Shown here in pieces: positions 33,649 to 50,524 of a DNA stretch of 64,000 nt. The notes beneath the pieces are model-generated. The model had not been told where the DNA came from and did no database searches. It saw nothing but the letters and a program-made list of their open reading frames with translations. The stretch is from the human T2T-CHM13v2.0 reference genome, Homo sapiens. Where the stretch lies: the NCBI RefSeq assembly GCF_009914755.1, contig NC_060925.1; one strand, given 5' to 3'. The first letter of the stretch is position 1. Every line of letters starts with the position of its first letter. The position numbers and the translations under genes were made by a program.

Positions 33649-36320
33649 GTTTCCTTTGTGAATGGGAAATATTGCTGGCACATAAACTAGTGATGAAAGG
33701 CCTAAAAATGTCCTGTTTTGTTTTTCATCTTTAAAGCTCCTCCTTGCTATGTCCTAACTGGGAAGTACTCTTACTAACTAGATATCAAGGTGGTGGGGAA
33801 GGGGATGCAGGGGCCATTTCAACAAAGCATCTACAGAAATTAGTTGTTCTGTTAGAGGTAGCAAATTTTACCCAACTCAGTCTAGCTTCAGTTTCTGAAT
33901 TGTTTCTTAAATTAGATTGTAAGCTCCCTGAGGGCAGCTACTAAGTCATACTGCTTTTGTATTTTCCTGAAGTATTGGACACATAGTAGATTCTCAATAA
34001 ATATTTGTTATTTAGTTTTTTCAGTGAAATTTCTCTGGCTATTTTTTTAAGTAGCTAGTTTTCAAAAAAGAGTCAAGGGCACTCCTGTGTTGAAACCTCT
34101 GTTTACTCTCGCACGATTTCCTTGGTCTCCAATACTTCTCACCCTACTTCCTTTAAATCTTTTTATTTTCTAAGAAAGAGCAAGTAAGTAACAAGATTCT
34201 TCATCTCCAGTGTGATAGCTGGGAATGGGTCTGCTTGCTACTAATTCTGTGCCCTCAAGTGATCCATTCCAGATCACTTACTTTTGACCTGTTGCTCAGT
34301 GTTGTCACTACTAGGTGGTAAAAATTTTCTTAGTCACATTTCGAAGCACTTGTAAGAGGGAAATGTTACTAGCAAGAGTGATTAGGAGAATTTTTTTCTT
34401 TCTTGGTTAATTATATCTTTCAAGATGACTTTTTAATATGTTTACATCTGACTGGTACAGTATATGCAATAGTGTATAGCTAGTCATGCAGTTTATACCT
34501 GCAATATAACTTATCCTCACAAATAGATATCACATGTGGAGTAGAAAACAGTCAATATTTGTAAGTTACAGTAGTGGGTTGGAAATGACTATGCCATATT
34601 AGAAACTTCATCTTAGAGCCAATTTTAAAACAAAATAGTTTTCCTCTCGTCTTTATATATATACGTATATATGTGTATATGTAGTCTTGTTGATTTGGAT
34701 TCGGGGTACTTGGTTAAACATTTTTTTTTTTTGTAAAGTTGAAACGACTATAATGCTAACCTGGGAAAATGGGCTACTGTGTAGCAAATAATCCTTTCTA
34801 GCTTGAAATACTTATGGGCTTTTGTGTGCCAATATGTGTAGGGGGAAGAGGTAATGGGTTAAAAATTACCTGAGAAGCTACCTTAAAAAAATCTTTCTTG
34901 ATACAAAGACCTATGCAACCTATTGACGCAACTTGGTGAAGAATTTATGCACAGAAAAAGTCAGCTTTCTCTGTGACATCCAAGAAAGTCAGATGAAATT
35001 CACTTCCCTAATAGTTAATCCTTGCATATTTCTTTAGAAGTCCTTCCTCCCACTCAAATCCAGTAATATCTCTGGGCAGTCTAGAATTACGTTGTATAAG
35101 GTTTCATTAACAAGAAAAATTAAATATAGAGCAGAAAAGTATAAACTTACCCTCTTTGGAAGGGAATAAATGCAGAGTAACCTATTATTTTGAACACTCT
35201 ATCATATGATTAATGTTTTCTTTTTTACTAAATGCAGCAGCTGAGATTGTATTATAAAACAAAGTATGAACTAAAGGAACTTGAATTCAGTAGAATCCTT
35301 CCTTGTTAGAAGTCTTGTAACAAAAACTATATTCTGGTTTGGGGAAGGCCCTGTGTGTTCTGTGTCTCTTTAAAGACTCAACTAAGTCATCTTGCCAGCA
35401 TTAAGGTCTCAAGTTTAAAATGATTTCTTAGAAGCACTTTCTTCCAAATAAAACTTTGTGCTAGATGCTTTTGGTTTGAGACAAATTTGAGATTCCCTGT
35501 ATATTAAGGTGAGTGGTGGAGGGTAATTGCCATTTTGGTTTCTTGAAAATGTGGACTAGGAGACCAAGAGAAGCACCTGTAAAAGCAGTGTGTTGGAATT
35601 ATTTTCCAGAGAACAGAGATTCTGGACAAAGTCATTGGGGCTAATACGTACCCTGTTGAAGGCTGTGGTTTAAAAAAACAAAAAACCCCCACAAACACAA
35701 AACAAACCCATAGCATACTGAGAGAGATGAAACTTGAGGGACAAAGAAGAGTCTAGACTTGAACTTGTCCTTTCCCAAGCAATGGAGGTCACATGCAGCT
35801 TACATAAAAAAGGTTGTAAGGCAGGTAAGGCTGTTTTCTTAGGTGATTGAATACAGTATTTAAAATTATTTCTCTGGAGTGTAGACTAATCTCCTTCCTG
35901 GAAGGTTTTTGTTTCCAGACTTTACTGATTATCTTTCCTTCTGTCAAAGGTACTTCAGATACTTGCATCTATGTAAAAGGCTTTTGATTATTAGTTAAAT
36001 GTAAAGTCTGCTTATGGGGGACTAGTAACCAAACTGCTGTAACTTCTTAAAAAAATCCATCACTTACACATGCTTTATACATTTCTTGTTACATAAAAAT
36101 GGATTAACAGCCATAGCTCCTTAAGGAATTTATCAAGCTAATTATGTTGTAAGAATAAATGAATCTTATTGATTTGTTCCTTTGAAGAAGTGAAAGTGTT
36201 TGGTGGTGAAGGTGCTGATGAGAGAGTTAAAAACATATTTTGCCCACATTTAATACCTAATTTTCTTTTAAATCTTTCAGTATTCTACCTTGTAAATACT
36301 GTTATTTGTATATACTGTAA

Positions 36321-36410
36321 ATGATGACATCGGTGGGCACTAACCGAGCCCGGGGAAACTGGGAACAACCTCAAAACCAAAACCAGACACAGCACAAGCA
36401 GCGGCCACAG
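36321..36410 (+). CDS. UBAP2L: UBAP2L exon 2 coding part (exon starts 36281): MMTSVGTNRARGNWEQPQNQNQTQHKQRPQ
   Basis: Acceptor TTTCAG|TAT at 36280, ATG at 36321, donor CAG|GTAAAT; recognised N-terminus. Confidence 0.96.
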
Positions 36411-37008
36411 GTAAATAATCCAAGGCATACGGATTCATGGATAGCGTTGCCTGCTGATACTGGTTTCCATGCAGTACAGCATCATTCTGTGCTTTGAACT
36501 GTTGGTTTAGGTTCCTTATTTTTGTTTTCTAGTCCTTGGCTCTTTTTTTACTTAGGTCCTGATAACTGTTCATGACATGCTGTAAGGCAAGATGCTTACT
36601 TTTTTGTTGTTTAATACTGTATTATGAGGCTTAGCACTTTATTATGGGTCCTGTGCTTTTTATCTTTTTTTTTTTTGTTTTGTTTTAAGATAGGAGCTCC
36701 CTTTGCCTAGGTCAAAGTGCAGTGGCACAGTCACCATTCATTTGTAGCCTCAACCTCTGGGGCTTAAGTGATCCTCCCGCCTCAGCCTCCTGAGTAGCTG
36801 GGACTACCAGTGCACACTACCATGCCAGGCTAATTTTAAAATTCTTGTAGAGATGGTAGTCTTGCTGCATTGCCCAGGCTGGTCTTGAACTCATGGGATT
36901 ATAGGTGTGAGTCACTGCCCGGCTCTATAACTCTTAAGATAGCATTTCCCTTCTCTTACCTGGGCCATTTTAGCAATACCTTTCTATTTCTTAGACCTTC
37001 CACCTTGA

Positions 37009-37134
<126 letters not shown>

Positions 37135-37137
37135 TGA

Positions 37138-37437
<300 letters not shown>

Positions 37438-38023
37438 TGAGGAGCTGGCAACTTCACTATGTTTCTTCAAAATTAAATGAAACACCTTAGAGCATTGCTC
37501 AATTTTAAGTTTTAAAGAGTAAATTAACCTCTTGGATATTAACTTTGATGTAGATATATTCTGTTTCTCATACCAGGTTGATGTTAGTTGGTATGTAATG
37601 TGAATGAATTACTTATATTTGATTATGGTCAGATAAATCGAATATGTAAGATTAGGACATCCCCCTTACGCATTTTTCTTTCATCTGTGTTTTCAAGTGG
37701 ATTTCTAGTAGAATTATAATACTTAGTTGGGGCAGTAAAATTCCTAGTATCTGAACATACACTGGATATATAGAAGATGTGTTGAGTCTATTGTCAGACT
37801 TGTATTCTAAGCTCTAGGAATAAGAGGATGGCGTTGGTTATTACAGAAATAAGAATAGAGTTTACACATGGCTTTGTGACTTAATATGAATTAAGGGGCA
37901 GATGTTTCAGAGCGGTTCTGTGATTCTAAGACGGAAGTCCCTTTAACTGTGAAGATTGGTGAATGAGTTCCTTACTCTTTCTGTAACAGTTTCACTCAAT
38001 TTTTTGTCATTTTACTGATTTAA

Positions 38024-38299
<276 letters not shown>

Positions 38300-38478
38300 T
38301 GAGCCACCACCCGCACCTATCCCTGATCCCCCATTAAGCGTCCTAAATGGTGCTTTATTACTTGCTCATTTGTTACAAGGAAAAGAAAATTGGGGCAGTG
38401 GAGGCTGACGAAATAGGTTCCTGTTCTCTAAACTGTTGCCTCATGATTATGCTTTCTTGATCTCATCTCAATTCCTAG

Positions 38479-38556
38479 GCCACTGCAGAACAAATTAGAC
38501 TTGCACAGATGATTTCGGACCATAATGATGCTGACTTTGAGGAGAAGGTGAAACAA
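38479..38556 (+). CDS. UBAP2L: UBAP2L exon 3: ATAEQIRLAQMISDHNDADFEEKVKQ
   Basis: CCTAG|GCC, CAA|GTGAGT, 78 nt. Confidence 0.96.
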
Positions 38557-38689
38557 GTGAGTGTATCACTAATTTACTGTACACTATGAGAAAAGATACC
38601 AGTATTAAGGCATAATCAAATACTGTAGATGGATGCCAGGATACTTTCTACTATAGGTATTGAAAGAATTTTGACCTGAAATATAATAG

Positions 38690-38981
<292 letters not shown>

Positions 38982-39262
38982 TGATCTGCCTGCCTCAGCC
39001 TCCCAAAGTGCTGGGATTACAGGTGTGAGCCACTGCACCCAGCCTATTGTAGCCCTTTGGATAGATACTTTGTTTGGAAATTTTATCTTAATTTTAACCT
39101 CTTGCCTGTTGCTGATGCCATTTTGTAGAAACTGAGCAGTTGTGGGTATAGGAAATGTGGAAATTCATGCTGAAGCCTGTGTGTTTCAGAGTTTGATTCT
39201 GTATTTGATGCTTAATTGCTTTGTAAATACTTTTGACCTCATCCCTGAACCACAGATGTTAA

Positions 39263-39610
<348 letters not shown>

Positions 39611-39811
39611 TGACCTCAGGTGATCCGCCCACCTCAGCCTTGCAAAGTGCTGGGATTATAGGCGTGAGCCACTGTGCCCAGCCCTCATCTTTTGCTTTTT
39701 AAACTTGTTTTTTTCAAACTCAACTGATAGCGTTTCCCTTCACCTAGTTTCCTTTCATTGGGAGTGTGAGCATAAGCCTGTTCATGATGGTTGCTGTTTT
39801 TTCTCTTTCAG

Positions 39812-39922
39812 TTGATTGATATTACAGGCAAGAACCAGGATGAATGTGTGATTGCTTTGCATGACTGCAATGGAGATGTCAACAGAGCTATCAATGTTCT
39901 TCTGGAAGGAAACCCAGACACG
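39812..39922 (+). CDS. UBAP2L: UBAP2L exon 4 (UBA domain): LIDITGKNQDECVIALHDCNGDVNRAINVLLEGNPDT
   Basis: TTTCAG|TTG, ACG|GTAGAG, 111 nt; UBA-type AL..NGDVNRAINVLL motif. Confidence 0.96.
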
Positions 39923-41218
39923 GTAGAGTGCTTATAGAGTGTTCTAGGACATGGGTCCTCAATTGGGAGGCTAGTAATGTTCTAAAAGTAGCAAATGGCA
40001 ACATACCTTAAAGCAGAGCACCTTTTTCTTGAAGTAAAGTTGGGAACTTTCTTGGAGATTGTTCACCACAGGTTATAAATACTTAAAATTTATGTGTACT
40101 ACATCCTTTTTATGAGGATAATGCTCATAGGAGAAAACAGTGAAATCAGTCTCTGCTAATTGGCCTGGAATAAATTATTTATTCCAGGCTAGTGACTGTT
40201 TTCAGGCTGTGGGGTTAGGCTGAATTAGAGGTGCGATTTGATAGCCTTGGATATTGCTGTTGAACAAAGTCACACACTATACTTGATTCTGTTTTTTTTT
40301 CTTTTTATTTTATTTTATTTTATTTATTTTACATATTTGATTCTGAATTCAGGACATTCCCCTCAATATCAGCTTCGCATTGCACACTACTGTTTCATTG
40401 CCTGAACTTCCTTCTGTTGAGGTAGCAGAGAAACAAGCTTTGTAGCCTGCTGACCATCCCTGGAGATGATAGGGGATATCTTGGAGGATCTCTTGCCCTG
40501 GAATTTAGACAAGTCGCTTTCACTTCTCCTTCCCACTTCATGAGAATTCTGTTTTTATGCTTGTCTTATGTTTGTACCAAATTGTAATCCTCTGACTGCC
40601 TTATTGATCTTCAGAATGTTCCTGCAGTGCTTACTAGAGAAATTTTGTTTTTTTAATGAGCAGTGTATTATTATTATTATTATTATTTTGAGCCAGGGTC
40701 TTACTCTGTGGCCCTGGCTGGAGTACACTGACATGCTGCAACCTCCTCGTCCTGGGCTTAGGTGATCCTCCTACTTCAGCCTCCTGAGTAGCTGGGACCA
40801 CAGGCATGGGCCACCATGTCCAGCTGATTTTCCCATTTTTAGTAGAGCCAGGGTTTCTCCATGTTGCTCAGGCTGATTTCAAACTCCTGGACTCAAGCTA
40901 GCTGCCCGCCTCGTCCTCCCAAAGTGCTGGGATTATGGGCATGAGCCACCGCACCTGGCCCAGTGTATTATTTTGAAATCATTTTCATTTATTGGGTCTT
41001 ATACTGGGGCTCTTTGGTTGGAATAGATATCAAAATTCATCCTTACAGATAACAACTTGTTTTTTTTCTTGAGTCAGAGTCTTGCTCTTGTTGCCCAGGC
41101 TGGAGTGCAGTGGCGTGAACCTGCTCTCTGCAGCCTCCACCTCCCAGGTTCAAGTGATCCTGTGCCTCAGCCTCCAGAGTAGCTGGGATTACAGGCATTC
41201 ACCACCATACCCAGCTAA

Positions 41219-41422
<204 letters not shown>

Positions 41423-42393
41423 TGAACTCCTGAGCTCAGGCAATCCTCCTGCCTCGGCCTTCCAAAATGTTAGGATTACAGGCGTGAGCCATGAAACCTG
41501 GCCTCAGATACAACAGCTTTCTGATACTACAGAGTCACTCCAGCTAAATGCAGGAGGTTTGTCAATTTCTTTGAGACAATGGGAAATAATAATGGAAAAC
41601 TTTTAAAAACAATTGAATTTAAATTGGTGGGTTTTTTCTTCAAAAGTGTTATCCTGGATTAAATTTTACACTGTTGACCTTATTTGAATATTTACTATCT
41701 GGCCAATCAAGATATGCTTTTGATTTGTTTTGGGTTTACTCTAGAATAATTGTCTCCAGATTTTATGGGGGGAATCAGGTGGGGCTATTTATGTTTTTTT
41801 AAAAGTCTGAATGTTTTTTCGCAAATCACATTTTATCTTACCTTCCAGCATCTTCTGTCTAGTGCTATAAGGCTGATGTTATACAGTATCAAAAAGGAAA
41901 ATAAGCTGGAGAATATAGGTTTATGTTACGAATAAACTAGCTACTAGTGAAACCAATGGGAAGCAAAGTCAGCTCCCAGGGATATTGGATGTATTTGGGT
42001 GGGTGAGATCATTTCAGAAAACTGAAGTCGCCTTTGGGAAGATAATAGTAATTCTTTCTCCTGACCCATCTTGTGCCAGCAACAGATGTGCATACAGAGG
42101 AGGGAGAAAGGTTACAGTTTCCTGAAACTTGCCAGGTTTTGAGATAGCAGCATAAATTCTAAAAGCTGTTTTGAGTCTAGCTTCCAGAGTGTTCCTGGTG
42201 TATATTTAGCTACAGGGTTGTTCTAACTTACTGTGAGCATAAAATGACCCACTAACTGTAATGTATAATAGGCTTGGGTTGGAAGAGTAGGCAGCAACAA
42301 ACTACCAAGTCTTGGGTAGGTAATCTTTTTAAAACAAATGAATTAAGAGATGGGGTCTTGCCCTGTCACCCAGGCTGGAGTGCAGTAGCATGA

Positions 42394-42705
<312 letters not shown>

Positions 42706-44172
42706 TAGGATGGTCTCTAACTCCTGGCCTCAAGTGATCCACCCTCCTTGGCCTCGGAAAGTGCTGGGATTATAGGTGTGAGCCACCATCCCCGGCCCTG
42801 TTTTCTATTTCTATGAATTTGCCTGTTTTAGAGATCTCATGTAAGTGAAATCATGTAATATTTGACCTTGTATGTCTAACTTACTTCACTTAGTGTAATG
42901 TTTCAAGGTTCGTCCATATTGTGGCATGGGTCAGAATTTCATTCCTTTTTAAGGCTAATATTCCGTTGTACATATATGTGGCATTTTGTTTACTCATCAG
43001 TGGACACTTGGAATTATCTGGAAGTTGTAGACATAATACTTGATACCCTTAAGTTCTTCAACATGCTTCCCTTAAAGGAGGATACTCTTACATTACCATA
43101 ATACTATTATCAATCCTGATAAGGTTAATAATTTTGTATTATCTAATACTCAGCCCATATTCTGAAAGTGATTAGACATTAGGTAGCTGTTACTGAGCAC
43201 TAGGGCCATGATTGAGTTTGATGGTAAGATAATAAAGATCTGAGGCTGTGCACAGTGGCTCACACCTGTAATCCCAGCACTTTGGGAGGCCATGGCGGGC
43301 GGATCACGAGGTCAAGTGATCAAGACCATCCTGGCCAACATGGTGAAACCCCATCTCTACTAAAAATGCAAAAATTAGCTGGGCCTGGTGGTGCCCTGTA
43401 GTCCCAGTTGCTTGGGAGGCTGAGGCAGGAGAATCACTTCAACCTGGGAGGCGGAGGTTGCAGTGAGCCGAGATCGCACCACTGCACTCCAGCATGGTGA
43501 CAAAGTGAGACTAAGTTTCCAAAAAAAAAAAAAGGAAAGAAATCTGATAGTGTTGGTGTTTGTCCTGGAAGTTCCATTTGTACAGGTTTTTTACAAAAAT
43601 ATGTGTAAATCAAGGTATGCATTTTTTTAAAAACTTTTAAGTTTACAATGCTCATTTTCCTGAGGAAGAGTGTTTTGCAAGGGTGTTAAGCTTATTTTCC
43701 TTACCACAGACTTTCCCTCTTGCAGTTAGGAATGTATCATAGATATGTATTTTTCACTGGGGAAAGTTAAATTGGCTGATACCAATTTAGGAAATATAGG
43801 GAGAACACTGCAAGTAAAACCTGGATGGAAGGCTTTGTATAATCAGTATCTCTTGGGGTCAGGGCTGCGACTGTCGTTTGGTCTTCTTTTATTTTTATTT
43901 TTATATACTTTTTGAGACAGGGTCTTACTCTGTCACCTAGACTGAGTACAGTCACATAACCACGACTCACCGCAGCCTCAATCTCCTGGGCTCAAGTGAT
44001 CATTCTGCCTCAGCCTTCAAGTGGTTTGGGTGACAGGAGTGTACCACCATACTTGGCTAATTTTTAAATTTTTAGTAGAGACCAGAGTCTCATTTGGTTG
44101 CCTGGGCTGGTCTCAGATTCCTGGCCTGAAATGATCCTCCTGCCTTGATCTCTCGACCTCCCAAAGTGCTGA

Positions 44173-44649
<477 letters not shown>

Positions 44650-44848
44650 TAGCTGGGATTACAGGTGCGCACCACCACACCTGGCTGATTTTTGTATTTT
44701 TAGTAGAGACGGGGTTTCACCGTGTTGGCCAGGCTGGTCTCAAACTCCTGCCCTTGTGATCTGCCCGCCTTGGCCTCCCAAAGTGCTGGGATTACAGGTG
44801 TGAGCCACCGCACCTGGCCACCCAGCCTGATCTTTTAAATGAAATTGC

Positions 44849-44874
44849 TGTGTGTGTGTGTGTGTGTGTGTGTG
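44849..44874. repeat. (TG)13 microsatellite
   Basis: Direct read. Confidence 0.95.
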
Positions 44875-45316
44875 TCTGTAGGTAGGTAGCTCTAGTTGTT
44901 TTCCTCCTAAATTTATGGGTGAGATTAGAGAACGTGCCCAAGAGTAGAATGCTGCTCATTCATTCTGAATTCATAGGTAACTTTTAGAAACATTTTCTTT
45001 TTTGCTTTATTTGGTATGAATGATGCTATAAAAAGTTGTGGGTCACTGACTCCGAAGGAAATTAGTTTTTTCTTTTTTTTTTTTAGCCCAGGAAATAACA
45101 CTTGAAAGATAGGGACCAATAACTTGGTCCTTTGACTAATATGCTAAGTGACTGAATTAGATAGAGGTCTTTGTAATCCTCTTGGAAGTGATCCCTGCAA
45201 TGTTTCCTATAAGTACCTTCCCTACAAAAAAGACTTTATGGCTGGGCTTGGTGGCTCACGTCTGTAATCCCAGCACTTTGGGTGCAGTGGCTCACATCTG
45301 TAATCCCAGCACTTTA

Positions 45317-45712
<396 letters not shown>

Positions 45713-45787
45713 TCATCCCAGCTTTCATCTCTAGTGTCCTGATAGCACTCCATATTGATTAGATATGAATGCTCTACCCTTCTATAG

Positions 45788-45956
45788 CATTCCTGGGAGA
45801 TGGTCGGGAAGAAGAAGGGAGTCTCAGGCCAGAAGGATGGTGGCCAGACGGAATCCAATGAGGAAGGCAAAGAAAATCGAGACCGGGACAGAGACTATAG
45901 TCGGCGACGTGGTGGGCCACCAAGACGGGGGAGAGGTGCCAGCCGTGGACGAGAGT
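45788..45956 (+). CDS. UBAP2L: UBAP2L exon 5: HSWEMVGKKKG...RRRGGPPRRGRGASRGRE(F); alternative donor at 45989 adds 33 nt
   Basis: TATAG|CAT, T|GTATGC, 169 nt; start of the RGG region. Confidence 0.95.
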
Positions 45957-46322
45957 GTATGCATGGGGCTTTATCAAAACCAGCTGTGGGTCAGTAATGT
46001 CTAGACTCTAGGGATGTGCCAGGGCCCTGCTAGTCAGGACCTAGGAACCATTATATTATCCTTTTGCTTTTCTTGCCGTCGTCTGTTCTGAGACCTTGAC
46101 ATCTCTTGCATGTGGCCTTTTCTACCAACTGCCACCAGTCTGGCATGAGATTACCCTGTAGTCATTTATAAAGTTAAATTTGACTTGCAGCTCTCCATTA
46201 AGGCACATTACCATTCCCTGAGAAACATGTTCCCATCCTTCCAGCTCATTTTCTCTTCGTTGTTTTTTTAATTCCCAATACCATATTACATACCATTTAT
46301 ATATTTGTATATATCCTGTTGA

Positions 46323-46943
<621 letters not shown>

Positions 46944-47762
46944 TGATGCGCCCGCCTCGCTAATTTTTAAATGCTTTTGTAGAGATGGAGTCTCAATATG
47001 TTGCCCAGGGTGGTCTCAAACTCCTGGCTTCAAGAGATCTTCCTGCTTGGCCTCTCCAAGTGCTGAGGTTATAGGTGTGAGAGACAGCACTTGGCTCCAG
47101 GGTCTACTTTGTTTAAAAACAAATTAACATGAAGTCTAGTTAGTTAATTCCTGAGGTGTCATGCATATACTAGAGATTGCAGAAGGGGAGAGTGAGAAAG
47201 AAGGTAGATGTCATTTCCTCTAGTCTTTATTGCTAGTATTGTATTTGCTTGAGGACATGGTAGTCTGAGAGCAAAAGAAAAATCTCTCAACAGTAATGAT
47301 TGTCCTACTCTATTACTGATGTGTAACATGGGACAGAGAGAAAGAACATCTGATAGTATCAACCACTTTTTATTCCAGAGCTGCCTCAGCTGGCAGGGTA
47401 GTTTTTTGTATTTTTGAGGCAAGGTTTCACTGTCACCCAGGCTGGAGTGCAGTAGTGCGGTCTTAGCTCACTGTAGCCTCTGCCTCCTGGATTCAAGTGA
47501 TCCTCCTGCCTCAGCCCCTCAAGGAGCTGGGACTATAGGTGTGTGCCACCACACTCAGCAAATTTTTGTACTTTTTATAGAGATAGGGTTTTGCTCTATT
47601 GCCTAGGCTGGTCTCGAACTTCTGGATGCAACCAATCCGCCCGCCCTCAGCCTTTCAAAGTGCTGGGATTACCACCGGGAGCCACTGTGCCTGCCTGGCA
47701 AGGAAGTTTTATATCAACTTCTAAAATACATCTCTCTTCTCTTTTTCTCATTCTTTCTTTAG

Positions 47763-47808
47763 GTGGCTCTGGTAGGCGAGGAGGAAGGTTTTCTGCTCAA
47801 GGAATGGG
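47763..47808 (+). CDS. UBAP2L: UBAP2L exon 7: (G)[14 protein letters not shown](G)
   Basis: TTTAG|GT, GG|GTAAGT, 46 nt. Confidence 0.95.
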
Positions 47809-48220
47809 GTAAGTTTCATTGATCTAGTGTCTTAATTTTTTTTCCCTTAAAAATTACTGTAGGCAGCCTTAACCAAAATGATCAGAATGATTTCTAGACT
47901 GGTCAGAAAGATATGGGGACTTAGGGCTCATTTCTTAGGGATAAACCTTTACCACCTGGATCATTACCTATATTTTATATATCTTTATTTGAATCAATAT
48001 ACCTGTTCTTTTCTCAGAATATCTTAGATATATGTTGAGATTATACCATGAAATTTTGGGTAGAGTGATAAGTGAGAAAAAGTAGATGACACACAGGATT
48101 ATAGAATGGGGCCATGACAGATTTGTACTAGGAAGGATGCAGTCAAGATTTTGATTCTTTGAGTTAATATTTGCCAAAGCTGCTTAGAGGTCAGAGACTC
48201 TTAAGTTTTATTTTTTCCAG

Positions 48221-48333
48221 AACCTTTAACCCAGCTGATTATGCAGAGCCAGCCAATACTGATGATAACTATGGCAATAGCAGCGGCAATACGTGGAACA
48301 ACACTGGCCACTTTGAACCAGATGATGGGACGA
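48221..48333 (+). CDS. UBAP2L: UBAP2L exon 8: (G)TFNPADYAEPANTDDNYGNSSGNTWNNTGHFEPDDGT(S)
   Basis: TTCCAG|A, A|GTGAGT, 113 nt. Confidence 0.95.
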
Positions 48334-49925
48334 GTGAGTGACCATTTATCATTCATTTCTTGTCTCTGGGAATCTAAGGAAATAGTTTTTTCTGATTATA
48401 CTTACATTAAAACGTGGAAGAATAGTGTTTGGTTATGGAGATAGGGTGAGAAAGGGCTGGCAGTTGTATTACTGTGTGTACTGTTTATGTAACGTGCATA
48501 TGGGCACATTACACATGTTATTTCGCTTAATGCTGCTTGATATTGTATGAAATAATCATTATTTATCATCACTTTCCAGATGACAAAACTAAGGCCGAAA
48601 GAGAGGTTATAAATTTGCTAGTATTTGAACTCAGCATTGTTTGACCCTGAAAGTCCATGCCCTTTCAACTATGCTATGTCACTGCTATTAGGTCCAAGTG
48701 TATTTTCTAGTGTTTATGTTAGGGTAGTGTTGCCTTTTGAAAAGATAGCCAGAATTAATCAAGCCACTGCTTGTAAAGATGAACAAGGCCTAGAATCAAA
48801 GTCCACACTATCCATTTATTTGTTTTCTGTTACTGAGATAAGAATATCCTTTTTTTCCCTTTATTTTTGGGACATGTCAGTATCTGAACAAGAAGATTTC
48901 GAAATCTCTCTAGCCTTTCTGGTGCCCTGTTGAACAGCCTTCTTGGTGTGATGGAGTATTCAGGGTTTGAATAAGATTACTTTTTTGTTAACTGACTTTG
49001 GTGCCTGCGTCTGGGCTGGATATAAATGTTTAAGGATATGTTAAGCTGTGGTATACACCTAAGATGTGTTTGGGGGTGGATACGTGTGCCACTTTCAATA
49101 AGAGCAGTTCATTTTAGTAAGAAAACTCTGGAGTGCTTTCTTGAACAGCTGCCTCATTCTGGCTGAGCTAACACATGAGAGCCTAAGGCTTTTTTTCCTC
49201 TTACAAAGGGGGATGAGTAGGGCCTGAAATGTTTGACTCCTTACCTGTTTAAATTTGCCTTGTCACCTTTCACAGATACGTGATCTCTGGGCCTTTAGGA
49301 GAGCCTTTGGCACAAATAGTTTTCCACCTTTTTCCTACAATATATTATTCCTGAGGCTCTGAATGTCGTCTGCTTTTTGTTCGCCAAGTTGCTATCTTAT
49401 AAATTCATTTTTAACACATTTCATGGGTGGAGGCTGAAGTTGAGTTACAAGATAGGTATCTTTGAATTTCTGCATCATTTAGTTACGAAATGTCCTGTTA
49501 TAGTTTAACTTACTATACTTCGGAGGCATTAGAACTGTTCTTCATTCATCTCTTGATGGCTTTGTAGAGGCAGTGGTAGCAGTCTCAATAACAAATAAGT
49601 TACTGTTTTTGAGCTGTAGCTTATTCCTGGGTATTTGGCTTTTTATCTTTGGCAGGTAAGATGGCAGAAGTTGAAAAGTTTGTTTTTAGTTGTGAATAGA
49701 AATTCAGGCATGGGGTCCCAGTCCTTAGCCTTCGCTGTCTTCAGTAAGGATCTGGTTGGAAAAACAGCGAAAGGTAGTGTGTGTGTTAATTTCTACTGAG
49801 TAGAAAAGGGAGCAGATGTGCAAGGCTGGAATTGGAAATCTGATTTGTAGCTGAATGTGACGCCACTATCGTCTTGTTAGTGCAAAAGTGTTGGTTATAG
49901 CTTCATGAATTCCCATTGTCATTAA

Positions 49926-50250
<325 letters not shown>

Positions 50251-50459
50251 TGATATGAACATACCTTCATGCATGGTTTCTTTTTGTGTTTTCCTGATAG
50301 CAAACTTGAGTTTCCCCTTTAAATTAAAAAAAAAATCCAAACCTACCTTTAAAATATCCACAGGTACAATGGGGATTATGTATTGGGGCAGACTTTCTCA
50401 TTTACAAGCAAAATTTCACTGGTTGTTTTTTCTTTTCTTTTCTTTTTTTTTTGTTTCAG

Positions 50460-50524
50460 GACTTGATTTCATTGGGGTTGAGGGGTCAAATTATCCCCCA
50501 AAATTATCCCCCAGACTGCTCCTG
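50460..50524 (+). pseudogene. UBAP2L: Frameshifted UBAP2L cassette exon, 65 nt: (R)LDFIGVEGSNYP then out of frame; alternative donor at 50539
   Basis: Long polypyrimidine tract and TTTCAG|GA acceptor, CTG|GTATGA donor; resembles the recalled mouse insert RLDFIGVEGSNYPRKFETAPG but is 5 nt longer. Confidence 0.75.

Noticed and set aside
45250-45315. Small internal duplications in Alus (also ~15095-15130, ~19635-19660, ~56832-56845)
   Set aside because: Ordinary slippage within repeats, with no sign of function
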